Source: Planctomycetota bacterium
GTDB taxonomy: Bacteria; Planctomycetota; Planctomycetia; JALXBF01
NCBI GenBank assembly: GCA_026991575.1
Contig: JALXBF010000164.1
Location: 1 to 39,395, forward strand
DNA length: 39,395 bases
Reading direction: 5' to 3'
Position numbers and translations under genes: made by a program. A model generated the notes under the pieces. That model worked only from the letters and a program-made list of their open reading frames with translations. It was not told the origin of the DNA and made no database searches. Of this stretch, positions 1 to 8,549 are shown one piece after another. Every line of letters begins with the position of its first letter. Position 1 is the stretch's first letter.

Positions 1-2829
1 CGCCGAGCTCGGCACGTCGAAGTCCAACTCCTCGGTGATCAGCACGGCAACCTGGTGCACCTCTGGGAGCGTGACTGCAGCATCCAGCGGCGCCATCAGA
101 AGGTGGTCGAGATCGCGCCGGCAATCAACCTGCCCGAACGGCTGCGCGAGCGCATCTGTGCTGCTGCGGTGCAGATCGGCCGTCACATGCGCTACGACAA
201 CGCCGGCACGGTCGAGTTCTTGGTGGATCTGGAGACGGAGGAGTTCTACTTCATCGAGGTGAATCCGCGCATCCAGGTCGAGCACACGGTTACTGAGCAG
301 GTGACCGGCATCGACCTTGTGCAGTGCCAGATCCTCGTCGCCGAAGGCGTGCCGCTTGATGATCCGGCGATCGGGCTGGCAAGTCAGGAGGCGGTAAAGG
401 TACACGGCTTCGCGTTCCAGTGCCGCGTGACGACGGAGGATCCCGAGAACAACTTCCTGCCTGACTACGGCCGCATCACGCATTACCGCTCGCCCGGTGG
501 CCTGGGCATCCGGCTCGATGCCGGGCAGGCGTTCACCGGTGCGGTGATCACGCCGTACTACGATTCGCTTCTGGTCAAGGTCACCGCCTGGGGGATCCGT
601 TTTCCAGACGCCGCCCGGCGGATGGAGCGGGCGCTGCAGGAATTCCGCATCCGAGGGGTGAAGACCAATCTGCCGTTCCTGATCAATCTCGTCACTCACC
701 GTGATTTCCTGGAAGGCAGACTCTCGACGCGGTTCATCGACGAGCGGCCGGAACTGTTTGCGTTCAAGCCACGCCAGGACCGCGCCAGCCGATTGGCTGC
801 GTACCTGGGGCATGTGATCGTTAACGGCAATCCGATCGTGAAGGATCGGCCTCGAGCGCGGCGCAAGAGCGAAGCGCCTCTACCGCGGTTCGATCACCGC
901 CAGGATCCTCCGCCGGGCATGCGCGACAAGCTGCGGGAACTGGGGCCAGAACAGTTTGCCCGCTGGGTACGTGAGCAGCAAACGCTGTTCATCACGGATA
1001 CGACGTTCCGAGACGCACACCAGTCGCTACTGGCCACGCGGATGCGCACTTACGACATGCTCCGGATCGCACCGGCTTACGCTCGCCTGTTGCACCGGCT
1101 GTTTTCCATCGAGATGTGGGGGGGGGCTACGTTCGACGCCGCGATGCGTTTCCTGAAGGAATGTCCCTGGCAACGGATCGTCGAACTCCGGCGCCGGATT
1201 CCGAACATCCTGTTCCAAATGCTGCTGCGCGCTTCGAACGCCGTCGGCTACGCTGCTTACCCGGACAACGTGGTCAAGGCGTTCGTGCAGGAAGCGGCTG
1301 CTGCAGGAATCGATCTATTCCGCATTTTCGATGCCTCCAACTATCTGCCTAATCTCAGGTTTGCCATCGAGACGGTACGCGAGACCGGGGCATTGTGCGA
1401 GGCAGCCATCTGCTACACGGGTGATATCCTGTCCGCCAGGCGGACCAAGTACAACCTGAGCTACTATGTCGAACTGGCGCGTGAGCTGGAGAAGGCCGGA
1501 GCGCATTTCATAGCCATCAAGGATATGGCCGGTCTGTGTAAGCCGTATGCGGCCGAACGGTTGGTTCGGGCCCTGCGCGAGGAAGTCGGCCTACCGATCC
1601 ACTTCCACACCCATGACACCGCTGGCGGTCAGCTTGCCACCCTAATCAAGGCGGCTGAGGCAGGCGTCGACGTGGTCGATGCCGCCATGGGGCCGCTGTC
1701 CGGGCTTACCTCCCAGCCAAACCTGCATACCCTGGTCGAAGCGATCCGTGCCACGCCGCGGGCTGTCGAGCTGGACTTCGAGGTGCTCGAGCAGATCAAC
1801 GAGTACTGGGAGGCTGTACGGGACTTCTACAGCGCCTTTGAGACCGATATGAAGGCGCCCAGTGCCGAGGTGTACCGGCACGAGATTCCCGGCGGCCAGT
1901 ACTCGAACCTCCGTGAGCAAGCCCGGGCTCTGGGGCTGGCGGACCGCTGGCACGAGGTCTGCCGCATGTATGCCGAAGTGAACAAGCTCTTCGGTGACAT
2001 CATCAAGGTCACGCCGACGTCTAAGGCTGTCGGCGATATGGCTCTGTTCCTCGTGGCCAACAACCTCTCGCCCGAAGACGTCCTCAACCCCGACAAGGCG
2101 ATCGCGTTCCCCGAGTCGGTCGTCGATCTGATGATGGGCAAGATGGGCTGGCCGCCCGGTGGCTTCCCGCCAGAGATCCAGCGCCGCGTTCTTGGTGACC
2201 GTAAGCCAATCGAGGGTAGACCTGGCGCCGTGCTACCGCCGGCCGATTTTGAGGCTGCCGCCGACGAGCTGCGCGCGTTACTGGATCGGGAGCCGAGCCG
2301 ACGCGAGATCGTCTCCTACTTGATGTATCCGAAGGTCTTTCGCGAGTTTGCCGCGCACCAGAAGCAATTCTCCGACACAAGCGTGCTGCCCACGGTCCCG
2401 TTCTTCCACGGTATGGAGCCAGGTGAAGAAGCGGCCGCCGAGATCGAGCACGGCAAGACACTGTTCTTTAAATTCCTGGCCGTCGGGGATCCCCATCCGG
2501 ACGGCAAGCGCACCGTGTTCTTCGAAGTGAATGGCCAGCCGCGCGAAGTCGTCGTCGTGGACCAGCAGATCGAGCGACACACCGGAAAGCGGCGTAAAGC
2601 GGACCCGGCAAATCCCCTGGAGATCGGTGCGCCGATGGCCGGGCTGGTGGTGCGAGTGGGCGTGCGGCCCGGGGACCGTGTGCGCCGCGGACAGCCGTTG
2701 CTGTTCCTGGAGGCTATGAAGATGGAAACCTCGGTCACCGCCCCCGAGGATGGCCGAGTGGCCGAGGTGCTTGTGACGCCCGGAACGCAAGTCGAGCCTG
2801 GCGAACTGCTGGTTCGGCTCGAATCCTAA
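1..2829 (+). CDS. pyc: Pyruvate carboxylase (5'-truncated by the window edge)
   Basis: The frame is open from base 1 (RRARHVEVQLLGDQHGNLVHLWERDCSIQRRHQKVVE). It has biotin carboxylase motifs (FIEVNPRIQVEH), the carboxyltransferase motifs DTTFRDAHQSLLATR and HFHTHDT, and the C-terminal biotinyl motif EAMKME. Confidence 0.97.
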   Translation, partial: RRARHVEVQLLGDQHGNLVHLWERDCSIQRRHQKVVEIAPAINLPERLRERICAAAVQIGRHMRYDNAGTVEFLVDLETEEFYFIEVNPRIQVEHTVTEQVTGIDLVQCQILVAEGVPLDDPAIGLASQEAVKVHGFAFQCRVTTEDPENNFLPDYGRITHYRSPGGLGIRLDAGQAFTGAVITPYYDSLLVKVTAWGIRFPDAARRMERALQEFRIRGVKTNLPFLINLVTHRDFLEGRLSTRFIDERPELFAFKPRQDRASRLAAYLGHVIVNGNPIVKDRPRARRKSEAPLPRFDHRQDPPPGMRDKLRELGPEQFARWVREQQTLFITDTTFRDAHQSLLATRMRTYDMLRIAPAYARLLHRLFSIEMWGGATFDAAMRFLKECPWQRIVELRRRIPNILFQMLLRASNAVGYAAYPDNVVKAFVQEAAAAGIDLFRIFDASNYLPNLRFAIETVRETGALCEAAICYTGDILSARRTKYNLSYYVELARELEKAGAHFIAIKDMAGLCKPYAAERLVRALREEVGLPIHFHTHDTAGGQLATLIKAAEAGVDVVDAAMGPLSGLTSQPNLHTLVEAIRATPRAVELDFEVLEQINEYWEAVRDFYSAFETDMKAPSAEVYRHEIPGGQYSNLREQARALGLADRWHEVCRMYAEVNKLFGDIIKVTPTSKAVGDMALFLVANNLSPEDVLNPDKAIAFPESVVDLMMGKMGWPPGGFPPEIQRRVLGDRKPIEGRPGAVLPPADFEAAADELRALLDREPSRREIVSYLMYPKVFREFAAHQKQFSDTSVLPTVPFFHGMEPGEEAAAEIEHGKTLFFKFLAVGDPHPDGKRTVFFEVNGQPREVVVVDQQIERHTGKRRKADPANPLEIGAPMAGLVVRVGVRPGDRVRRGQPLLFLEAMKMETSVTAPEDGRVAEVLVTPGTQVEPGELLVRLES

Positions 2830-3069
2830 CGCCGCCTGCCGCCCCGACCGAACCGACGTGACGTGCACCGGCGGACCGGATTCTCCGGCGAAACTGTTCC
2901 CCCATAGGCACACGGCCGTGATGTATCATCGCGGAAGCCACGCCGTGCATGCCACAGCGGGACGAAGCGAACTAGGTCCCCGTGGCTGCTCCTCAGGTTT
3001 CCGTGGAAACGCAGAACCGATAGCTGCGCCATCGGATTCGAACGAAGCGGTCAGTCAAAGGCAAGCGTC

Positions 3070-4500
3070 ATGGGCACTAGCGCAACGCGTAACCCTGCTG
3101 TATTGCTTGCCGCGGTCCTGGCGATCCCAGTGGTGCCGGTGGCGACCACCGCCGCCGAGAAGCCAAACATCCTATTCATCCTGGCCGACGACCTCGGCTG
3201 GGGAGACCTGGGATATTACGGCCATCCGGTACTGCGCACGCCGAACCTCGATCGCCTCGCGCGCCAGGGTACGTTGTTCACCGATTTCTACGTGAACGGT
3301 TCCGTCTGTTCGCCCAGCCGGGCAGCGTTCATGTCCGGGCTGTTTCCCGCCCGCTTGCGGATCCACGGGCACCTGGCCGACCACCGCCGTAACCAGGCCC
3401 GCGGCATGCCCGACTGGGTGGACCCGACCGTGCTGTTCTTGCCTCGGCTTCTCAAACAGGCCGGCTATGTCACCGCTCACGTCGGCAAGTGGCATCTCGG
3501 ACATGGCCGCACAGCGCCGCAGCCGTCCGCATACGGGTTCGACTACCATCGCTGCACGCTGGCAAACGGACCGGGCTTCCAACAGCACCAGAAGGACCCG
3601 TACTTTCGGGCCCGCTCTACCGCGATATTCGTTGATGAGGTGATCCGGTTCATTGAGCGGAACCGCGGCAAACCGTTCTACGTGAACCTCTGGACACTCG
3701 TACCACACGCCACACTCCATCCCACGCCAGAACAGCTGCGTCTGTACGCCTTCCTCAAGCCCAGCCCGAACTTGCCCTATGCCTCCGCTCGGCAGATCTA
3801 CTACGGCACGGTCACTGCGATGGACCGGGAGCTCGGACGGCTATTCCGCTGGCTGGACCAACAGGGGCTGACACAAAACACGCTGATTCTCTTCAGCTCA
3901 GACAATGGTCCCGAAGACATCCACATCCGCAACGCCGGGCACAGCGGAGTCGGCTCCCCTGGGCCGTTCCGCGGCCGGAAGCGGAGCTTGTACGAGGGGG
4001 GCATCCGGGTACCGTTCATCGTCCGCTGGCCCGGACACGTCCCGGCGGGCAAGGTAAACAGCAGCTCGGTGGTTGCCGCCGTCGACTTCCTGCCGACCCT
4101 GGCTGCGCTGGTGGGGATTCCGTTGCCGAAAGCTTATCGGGGAGACGGCGAGAACATGCTCGACGTGTTGCTCGGATCGGATCGACCCAGGAAGCGACCG
4201 CTGTTCTGGGAATGGCGCTTCCGGATCTACGGCTATCACTTTCACCGCAGCCCGATGCTGGCCATGCGCGACGGCAACTGGAAGCTGCTGATGAATCCGG
4301 ATGGCAGCCGGATCGAGCTGTACGATCTTAGGGAGGATCCGGGCGAAGTGGACAACAAGGCGGCCGAGCATGAGGACGTTGTTCGAAGGATGTCGGCCGA
4401 GCTGTTGGCTTGGCAGAAGACGTTGCCCCCCGGACCGATCCAGCGCCAAGCCGGCAGCAATGCGTACCCGTGGCCGAGGCAGCGGGAAGCGGACCAGTGA
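3070..4500 (+). CDS. Secreted arylsulfatase-family sulfatase
   Basis: Signal-peptide-like N-terminus, PNILFILADDLGWGD, formylglycine motif CSPSRAAFMSG, GKWHLG, SDNG and YEGGIRVPFIVRWPG. Confidence 0.95.
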   Translation: MGTSATRNPAVLLAAVLAIPVVPVATTAAEKPNILFILADDLGWGDLGYYGHPVLRTPNLDRLARQGTLFTDFYVNGSVCSPSRAAFMSGLFPARLRIHGHLADHRRNQARGMPDWVDPTVLFLPRLLKQAGYVTAHVGKWHLGHGRTAPQPSAYGFDYHRCTLANGPGFQQHQKDPYFRARSTAIFVDEVIRFIERNRGKPFYVNLWTLVPHATLHPTPEQLRLYAFLKPSPNLPYASARQIYYGTVTAMDRELGRLFRWLDQQGLTQNTLILFSSDNGPEDIHIRNAGHSGVGSPGPFRGRKRSLYEGGIRVPFIVRWPGHVPAGKVNSSSVVAAVDFLPTLAALVGIPLPKAYRGDGENMLDVLLGSDRPRKRPLFWEWRFRIYGYHFHRSPMLAMRDGNWKLLMNPDGSRIELYDLREDPGEVDNKAAEHEDVVRRMSAELLAWQKTLPPGPIQRQAGSNAYPWPRQREADQ

Positions 4501-5333
4501 GTCGAACGCAGCAAGAAACGGGCGACGACCGTCTGGACCTGGGCCGAATTGTCAGGCTCGCAACGTTGCGCACGGTCTGCTGGAGTGAACGGGTCGGTTC
4601 CACCAACGACCTGGCCCTGGCCGTCGCGCGCAGCAGCGACGTTGCACTGCCTGCGCTCTTCGTCGCCGAACACCAGTCGCGTGGCCGCGGTCGCGGCAGC
4701 AACCGGTGGTGGTCCTCGGCCGGTGCGTTGACGTTCTCGTTGCTAATCGACCCATACCGCTACCAGCTTGACCCCGACCAATGGACCCGTATTGCACTGG
4801 CCAGTGCCGTGGCCATTTGCCAGACGATCGACCCGTTGTTGCCGCCATGGATTGGCCCGGCTCGGATTCGCTGGCCGAACGATGTGTACCTCAAGGACCG
4901 CAAGGTTGCTGGCATCCTGGTCGAGAACACGACGGCCCGGGGCAACGGGCAACCTGGCGACCGGCGGCTGGTGGTGGGGATTGGCCTGAATGTGAACAAC
5001 TCGGTTCAGAAAGCTCCTGCCGAGCTGCGGCAGCGGGCGGTGGCGTTGTGCGACGTCGTCGGCCACGAGCTGGATCTGACCGGCCTGTTGGAACGGTTGC
5101 TACGAGCGTGGTTCGAGGCCGTGCACCTTTTGGGCCAGGGGGAGCTCGAGCTGGCTCGCTTCTGGCAGGCTCGCGCCGATCTGGTGGGTGAGCCGGTGGA
5201 GCTGACGACACCAGCCGGGCCCGTCAAAGGGCTATGCTGCGGCATCGCTCAGGATGGCACGCTGCTGCTGCGTACCGCGCAGGGACCGACAACGTGTGCC
5301 ACCGGCTGGAACCTTCGCCGCTGCTACGGGTAA
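4497..5333 (+). CDS. birA: Biotin--protein ligase (monofunctional BirA-type, no N-terminal HTH)
   Basis: STND, EHQSRGRGRGSNRW, RWPNDV, DRKVAGILVE and VVGIGLNV motifs. The GTG start at 4497 overlaps the sulfatase stop (GTGA). Confidence 0.9.
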   Translation: MSRTQQETGDDRLDLGRIVRLATLRTVCWSERVGSTNDLALAVARSSDVALPALFVAEHQSRGRGRGSNRWWSSAGALTFSLLIDPYRYQLDPDQWTRIALASAVAICQTIDPLLPPWIGPARIRWPNDVYLKDRKVAGILVENTTARGNGQPGDRRLVVGIGLNVNNSVQKAPAELRQRAVALCDVVGHELDLTGLLERLLRAWFEAVHLLGQGELELARFWQARADLVGEPVELTTPAGPVKGLCCGIAQDGTLLLRTAQGPTTCATGWNLRRCYG

Positions 5334-5487
5334 AGCTGCTGTGTTTGTTGGCGGCATTGCCGTACGTGTGTGTGCCAGCAGGCTGGTCTCGCGGCTCGGC
5401 GCACGGCCGCGTTAAAATTAAGGAAAACCTGTCCGCCATGGCCTACCCGCCGAGCGAAGAGCCTTTCCAACCCGTGAGGTGCCTGCC

Positions 5488-7305
5488 ATGATGATGACGC
5501 TGCGACGCAGCCTCTTCGCACTGCTGCTCGTCTCGTGCCTCCTCTACCTCGCCCACCAGAACGACGCGCTTGGGGACGGCGCCAACAACGGTGCCGCTGC
5601 CGCACAGAAGCCGGCCAAGAACAAGGCCAAGGCCGACCAGAAGAAGGACTCGAACAACGCAAACAGACCCGACGCCAGCAAGAAGCCGGCGGAGAAACGG
5701 GCCAACAAAGCCAAGCCAAAGCCTGATGCGAACCAGCCCGCCAAGAAGCCGCAAGCGAAAGGCAAGCCGGACAAGAAACAGGAGACCGGTAAGCAGCGCA
5801 AGCCGGAGGCCAAGCAAGCGAAACCTGCAGGCAAGAAGCACTCCGCGCCGCAGCAGCCGAGCGATCGGGAGAAGCCGAAGCAAGCTGCAAAGCAGGAAGA
5901 GAAGCCTGCCGATCAGGCCCGAACGGCGACTAAGCAGGAGCCGCAGCCAGCACCGGAGCAGAAAGCGGTCACCCGGCCGGTCTCCTTCATGCGCGACATC
6001 GCGCCCATCCTGGTTAGCCGCTGCGTGGCCTGCCACAACCCGCAAAAGCCCGAAGGGGACGTGCTACTGCACAACTGGCAGGCCATTCAGCAGGGCTCTG
6101 GCGGCGAGCCGCTCGTTGAGCCCGGTGAGCCGGAGCTTAGTCTGCTGGTCGAGGTGCTGCAGCCGGACTATGAGCCACGCATGCCGTACAAGGAGGAGCC
6201 TCTGCCGGCGCAGCAGCGGCACCTCTTTGAAGCATGGGTAAAGCAGGGAGCGAAGTTCGACGGACCATCAACGACTGCTTCGTTCCAGGTGCTGCTTGCT
6301 GCAGCGGCCCTATACAGGACGCCGCCGCAGGTATACCCCGCGCCGGCACCGGTCACCGCCCTGGCCTTCAGCCCCGATGGCAAGCAGCTGGCCACGGGCG
6401 GTTACCACGAGATCCTCATCTGGGACGTCGCGTCCGGCAAGCTGGTGCGGCGGATCCAGGGCGCTCCGGAGAGGGTGTACCGGTTGTGCTACAGCCCCAA
6501 CGGGTGGTGGCTAGCTTCTGCGGGGGGCACTCCCGGGCAGGCGGGCTGCGTGCAGCTGTGGGATGCACGCACGGGGGAGCCGATTCGAGAGTTGGTGCGC
6601 ACCGAGGATGCCGTCTACGGACTGGCGTTCAGCTCCGACAGTCGGTATCTGGCAGCCGGAGGATGCGACCAAACGGTACGCCTGTGGGACCTTGCCCGCA
6701 TGGGCTTCCTGAAACACACCTTCTCTGACCACGCCGACTGGGTGCTGTCGGTTGCGTTCTCGCCAGACGGCAGGTTCCTCGTGTCAGCCAGTCGGGACAA
6801 GACGTGCAAGGTTTATGACCTGACAAAGGGCGAGTTGCTCGGTACCTTCCCGGGACATACCGAAGCGGTCTACGCGGCCTTGTTCACGTCGGATGGGAAG
6901 GCAGTGGTATCTGCCGGTGAGGACAAGGTACTGCGGGTGTGGACGGTCGCTGCGCAGCCGAAACAGCAGCGCACTATCGGCGGCCACAGTGCTACGGTCT
7001 GGATGTTACACCGATTGCCCAACGGTCAGGTAGCGAGTTGCTCGGCTGACCGACGGGTCCGGATTGTCAACCCAGCCAATGGCCAGCAGGTTGCTGCATT
7101 CACTGGCCACAAGGAGTGGGTGTATGCCGTGGCGGCGTCGCCCGACGGCAAGTTAATTGCCAGCGGAGCGTACGATGGTGAGGTGCGCATCTGGGACGTT
7201 GCTGCCAAGAAGCTCGTGCGGGCGTTCGTGGCCGTGCCCACCAACGAGAACATCAAAGACGTTCCGGTTACCAAGGTCGACGCAGTGCTGGCCACACTCG
7301 AGTAA
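5488..7305 (+). CDS. Exported WD40-repeat protein with planctomycete-type cytochrome c domain and K/A/P/Q-rich N-terminal linker
   Basis: Signal peptide, then a low-complexity region, then VSFMRDIAPILVSRCVACH...RMP...WVKQGA (planctomycete cytochrome C pattern), then about 7 WD40 repeats (AFSPDG...WD). SD-like GAGGTG lies upstream of ATG 5488. Confidence 0.88.
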   Translation: MMMTLRRSLFALLLVSCLLYLAHQNDALGDGANNGAAAAQKPAKNKAKADQKKDSNNANRPDASKKPAEKRANKAKPKPDANQPAKKPQAKGKPDKKQETGKQRKPEAKQAKPAGKKHSAPQQPSDREKPKQAAKQEEKPADQARTATKQEPQPAPEQKAVTRPVSFMRDIAPILVSRCVACHNPQKPEGDVLLHNWQAIQQGSGGEPLVEPGEPELSLLVEVLQPDYEPRMPYKEEPLPAQQRHLFEAWVKQGAKFDGPSTTASFQVLLAAAALYRTPPQVYPAPAPVTALAFSPDGKQLATGGYHEILIWDVASGKLVRRIQGAPERVYRLCYSPNGWWLASAGGTPGQAGCVQLWDARTGEPIRELVRTEDAVYGLAFSSDSRYLAAGGCDQTVRLWDLARMGFLKHTFSDHADWVLSVAFSPDGRFLVSASRDKTCKVYDLTKGELLGTFPGHTEAVYAALFTSDGKAVVSAGEDKVLRVWTVAAQPKQQRTIGGHSATVWMLHRLPNGQVASCSADRRVRIVNPANGQQVAAFTGHKEWVYAVAASPDGKLIASGAYDGEVRIWDVAAKKLVRAFVAVPTNENIKDVPVTKVDAVLATLE

Positions 7306-7527
7306 GCAGAGCCGCGGAAACCGGCTGTGTCCCGATCGATTTCGGTGAGGGGCAGTGCATGAGTGCTGCCAGTGGGACCGCCCCCCAGGGGGGGCAAAGC
7401 GATGGCTGGTCCCCCCGCAGCGGTGCGGGGTTGCATTGCTGGCCTGGGGTTCGCTAATTGGACTGTGGCGGTGGCGCAGCTGTGCTGGAGCGGCGGCACG
7501 GCCGAAGCGCACCACGGCGCCGGCGCG

Positions 7528-8268
7528 CTAGCGGTCCGCGACCCACAAGATCGCCTGTCGGACCAGCCGCCGGTAGAAGGGATTGGCGTATGCTTCAGGG
7601 CCGTGGCCGAGCTGGATGTAGACCACTTTCCCGTCGCCGTACCGCTTGCACCAGCCGATGATTCTCTCGCTCTTGGGATGGTCCGTGGTCAGTAGCACGT
7701 GGACATCGCTGCTGACCCAGTAGCCTTTGTACGTTTCGTCATGGATGGTGAAATCAGTGACCCCTTGCGTCACGGGGTGATTCGGATCGGCGATGTGCAC
7801 GGCGATGCTCTGGCCGTGGGTCGGGATCCCTCTCGGGTACATCTTGCCCTGCCACTTCTGTGGCGACAGGAAGTAGCGGCCGCCGAGCATCATGTGGAAT
7901 TCTGGCCACCCCTGGTGCGCGGCCAGGGCATGGTGCAGGACCACGAGACCGCCGCCTCTCTTGACAAACCCCCGGTAGGCTGCTTTCTGTTTGTCCGTCA
8001 GCGGGCCGTTCCACATGGAGTAGGTAACGATGACGTCGAAGCGCTGCGCGAGCGTGTCGTTGAGCTGTTCGGCAGCCTTCGGGTACGCGTGATGTGTGTA
8101 GCGGATACCGGCAAAGCGATCGAACATGGCGAAAAATGCTTCCTCGTTGAATCCGTGGCCCCCGGTCAGAAGCAGCACGCGGACCGGATCTGCTGGTGAT
8201 GGGGCGCGGGAACCAAGCATGAAGGCTGCTGTGGTGGTGACCAGCAAGGCAGCAAGTAGAGGACGCAT
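7528..8268 (-). CDS. ThuA-like (trehalose utilisation / class I GATase-like) domain protein, exported
   Basis: Signal peptide, RVLLLTGGHG, GGGLVVLHHA, HPVTQGV.DF.IHDETY and YG.GKVVYIQLGH motifs. SD AGGAG lies upstream. Confidence 0.88.
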   Translation of the reverse strand: MRPLLAALLVTTTAAFMLGSRAPSPADPVRVLLLTGGHGFNEEAFFAMFDRFAGIRYTHHAYPKAAEQLNDTLAQRFDVIVTYSMWNGPLTDKQKAAYRGFVKRGGGLVVLHHALAAHQGWPEFHMMLGGRYFLSPQKWQGKMYPRGIPTHGQSIAVHIADPNHPVTQGVTDFTIHDETYKGYWVSSDVHVLLTTDHPKSERIIGWCKRYGDGKVVYIQLGHGPEAYANPFYRRLVRQAILWVADR

Positions 8269-8549
8269 GGTGAGGCTCCTTGGCGATTAGCTTGCGGGCC
8301 GGACGGGGGCGGGTTGGCATCGGTGTCACGTCGTCATTCTACTGAGCCGCATGTCCGGCTTTGCTACCGCCCCTGTGGGCGGTTTCTGGGGTGAACGCGT
8401 GTTCAGTTCATTTCTGGAGCAGGCACCCAGGGGCGCGATCCGCGGGCGGGTGCCATCGTAGCTAAACTAGAGAGAGGTTGCAGACTTTATCGCGTTTTGT
8501 CTGCTCGTCCGCGTCTCGTTGGCCTGACAGTGGCGAGGTGAGGTGACCC

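Noticed and set aside
1118..1126. G9 homopolymer in pyc as a possible phase-variation tract
   Set aside because: It is in frame and simply encodes the conserved W-G-G-A motif of a housekeeping enzyme.
7374..7413. Nested inverted repeat GGGACC-GCCCCCC-A-GGGGGGGC...GGTCCC between convergent genes, as a terminator or riboswitch
   Set aside because: No U-tract follows on either strand and there is no match to a riboswitch consensus I recognise. The function is unsupported.
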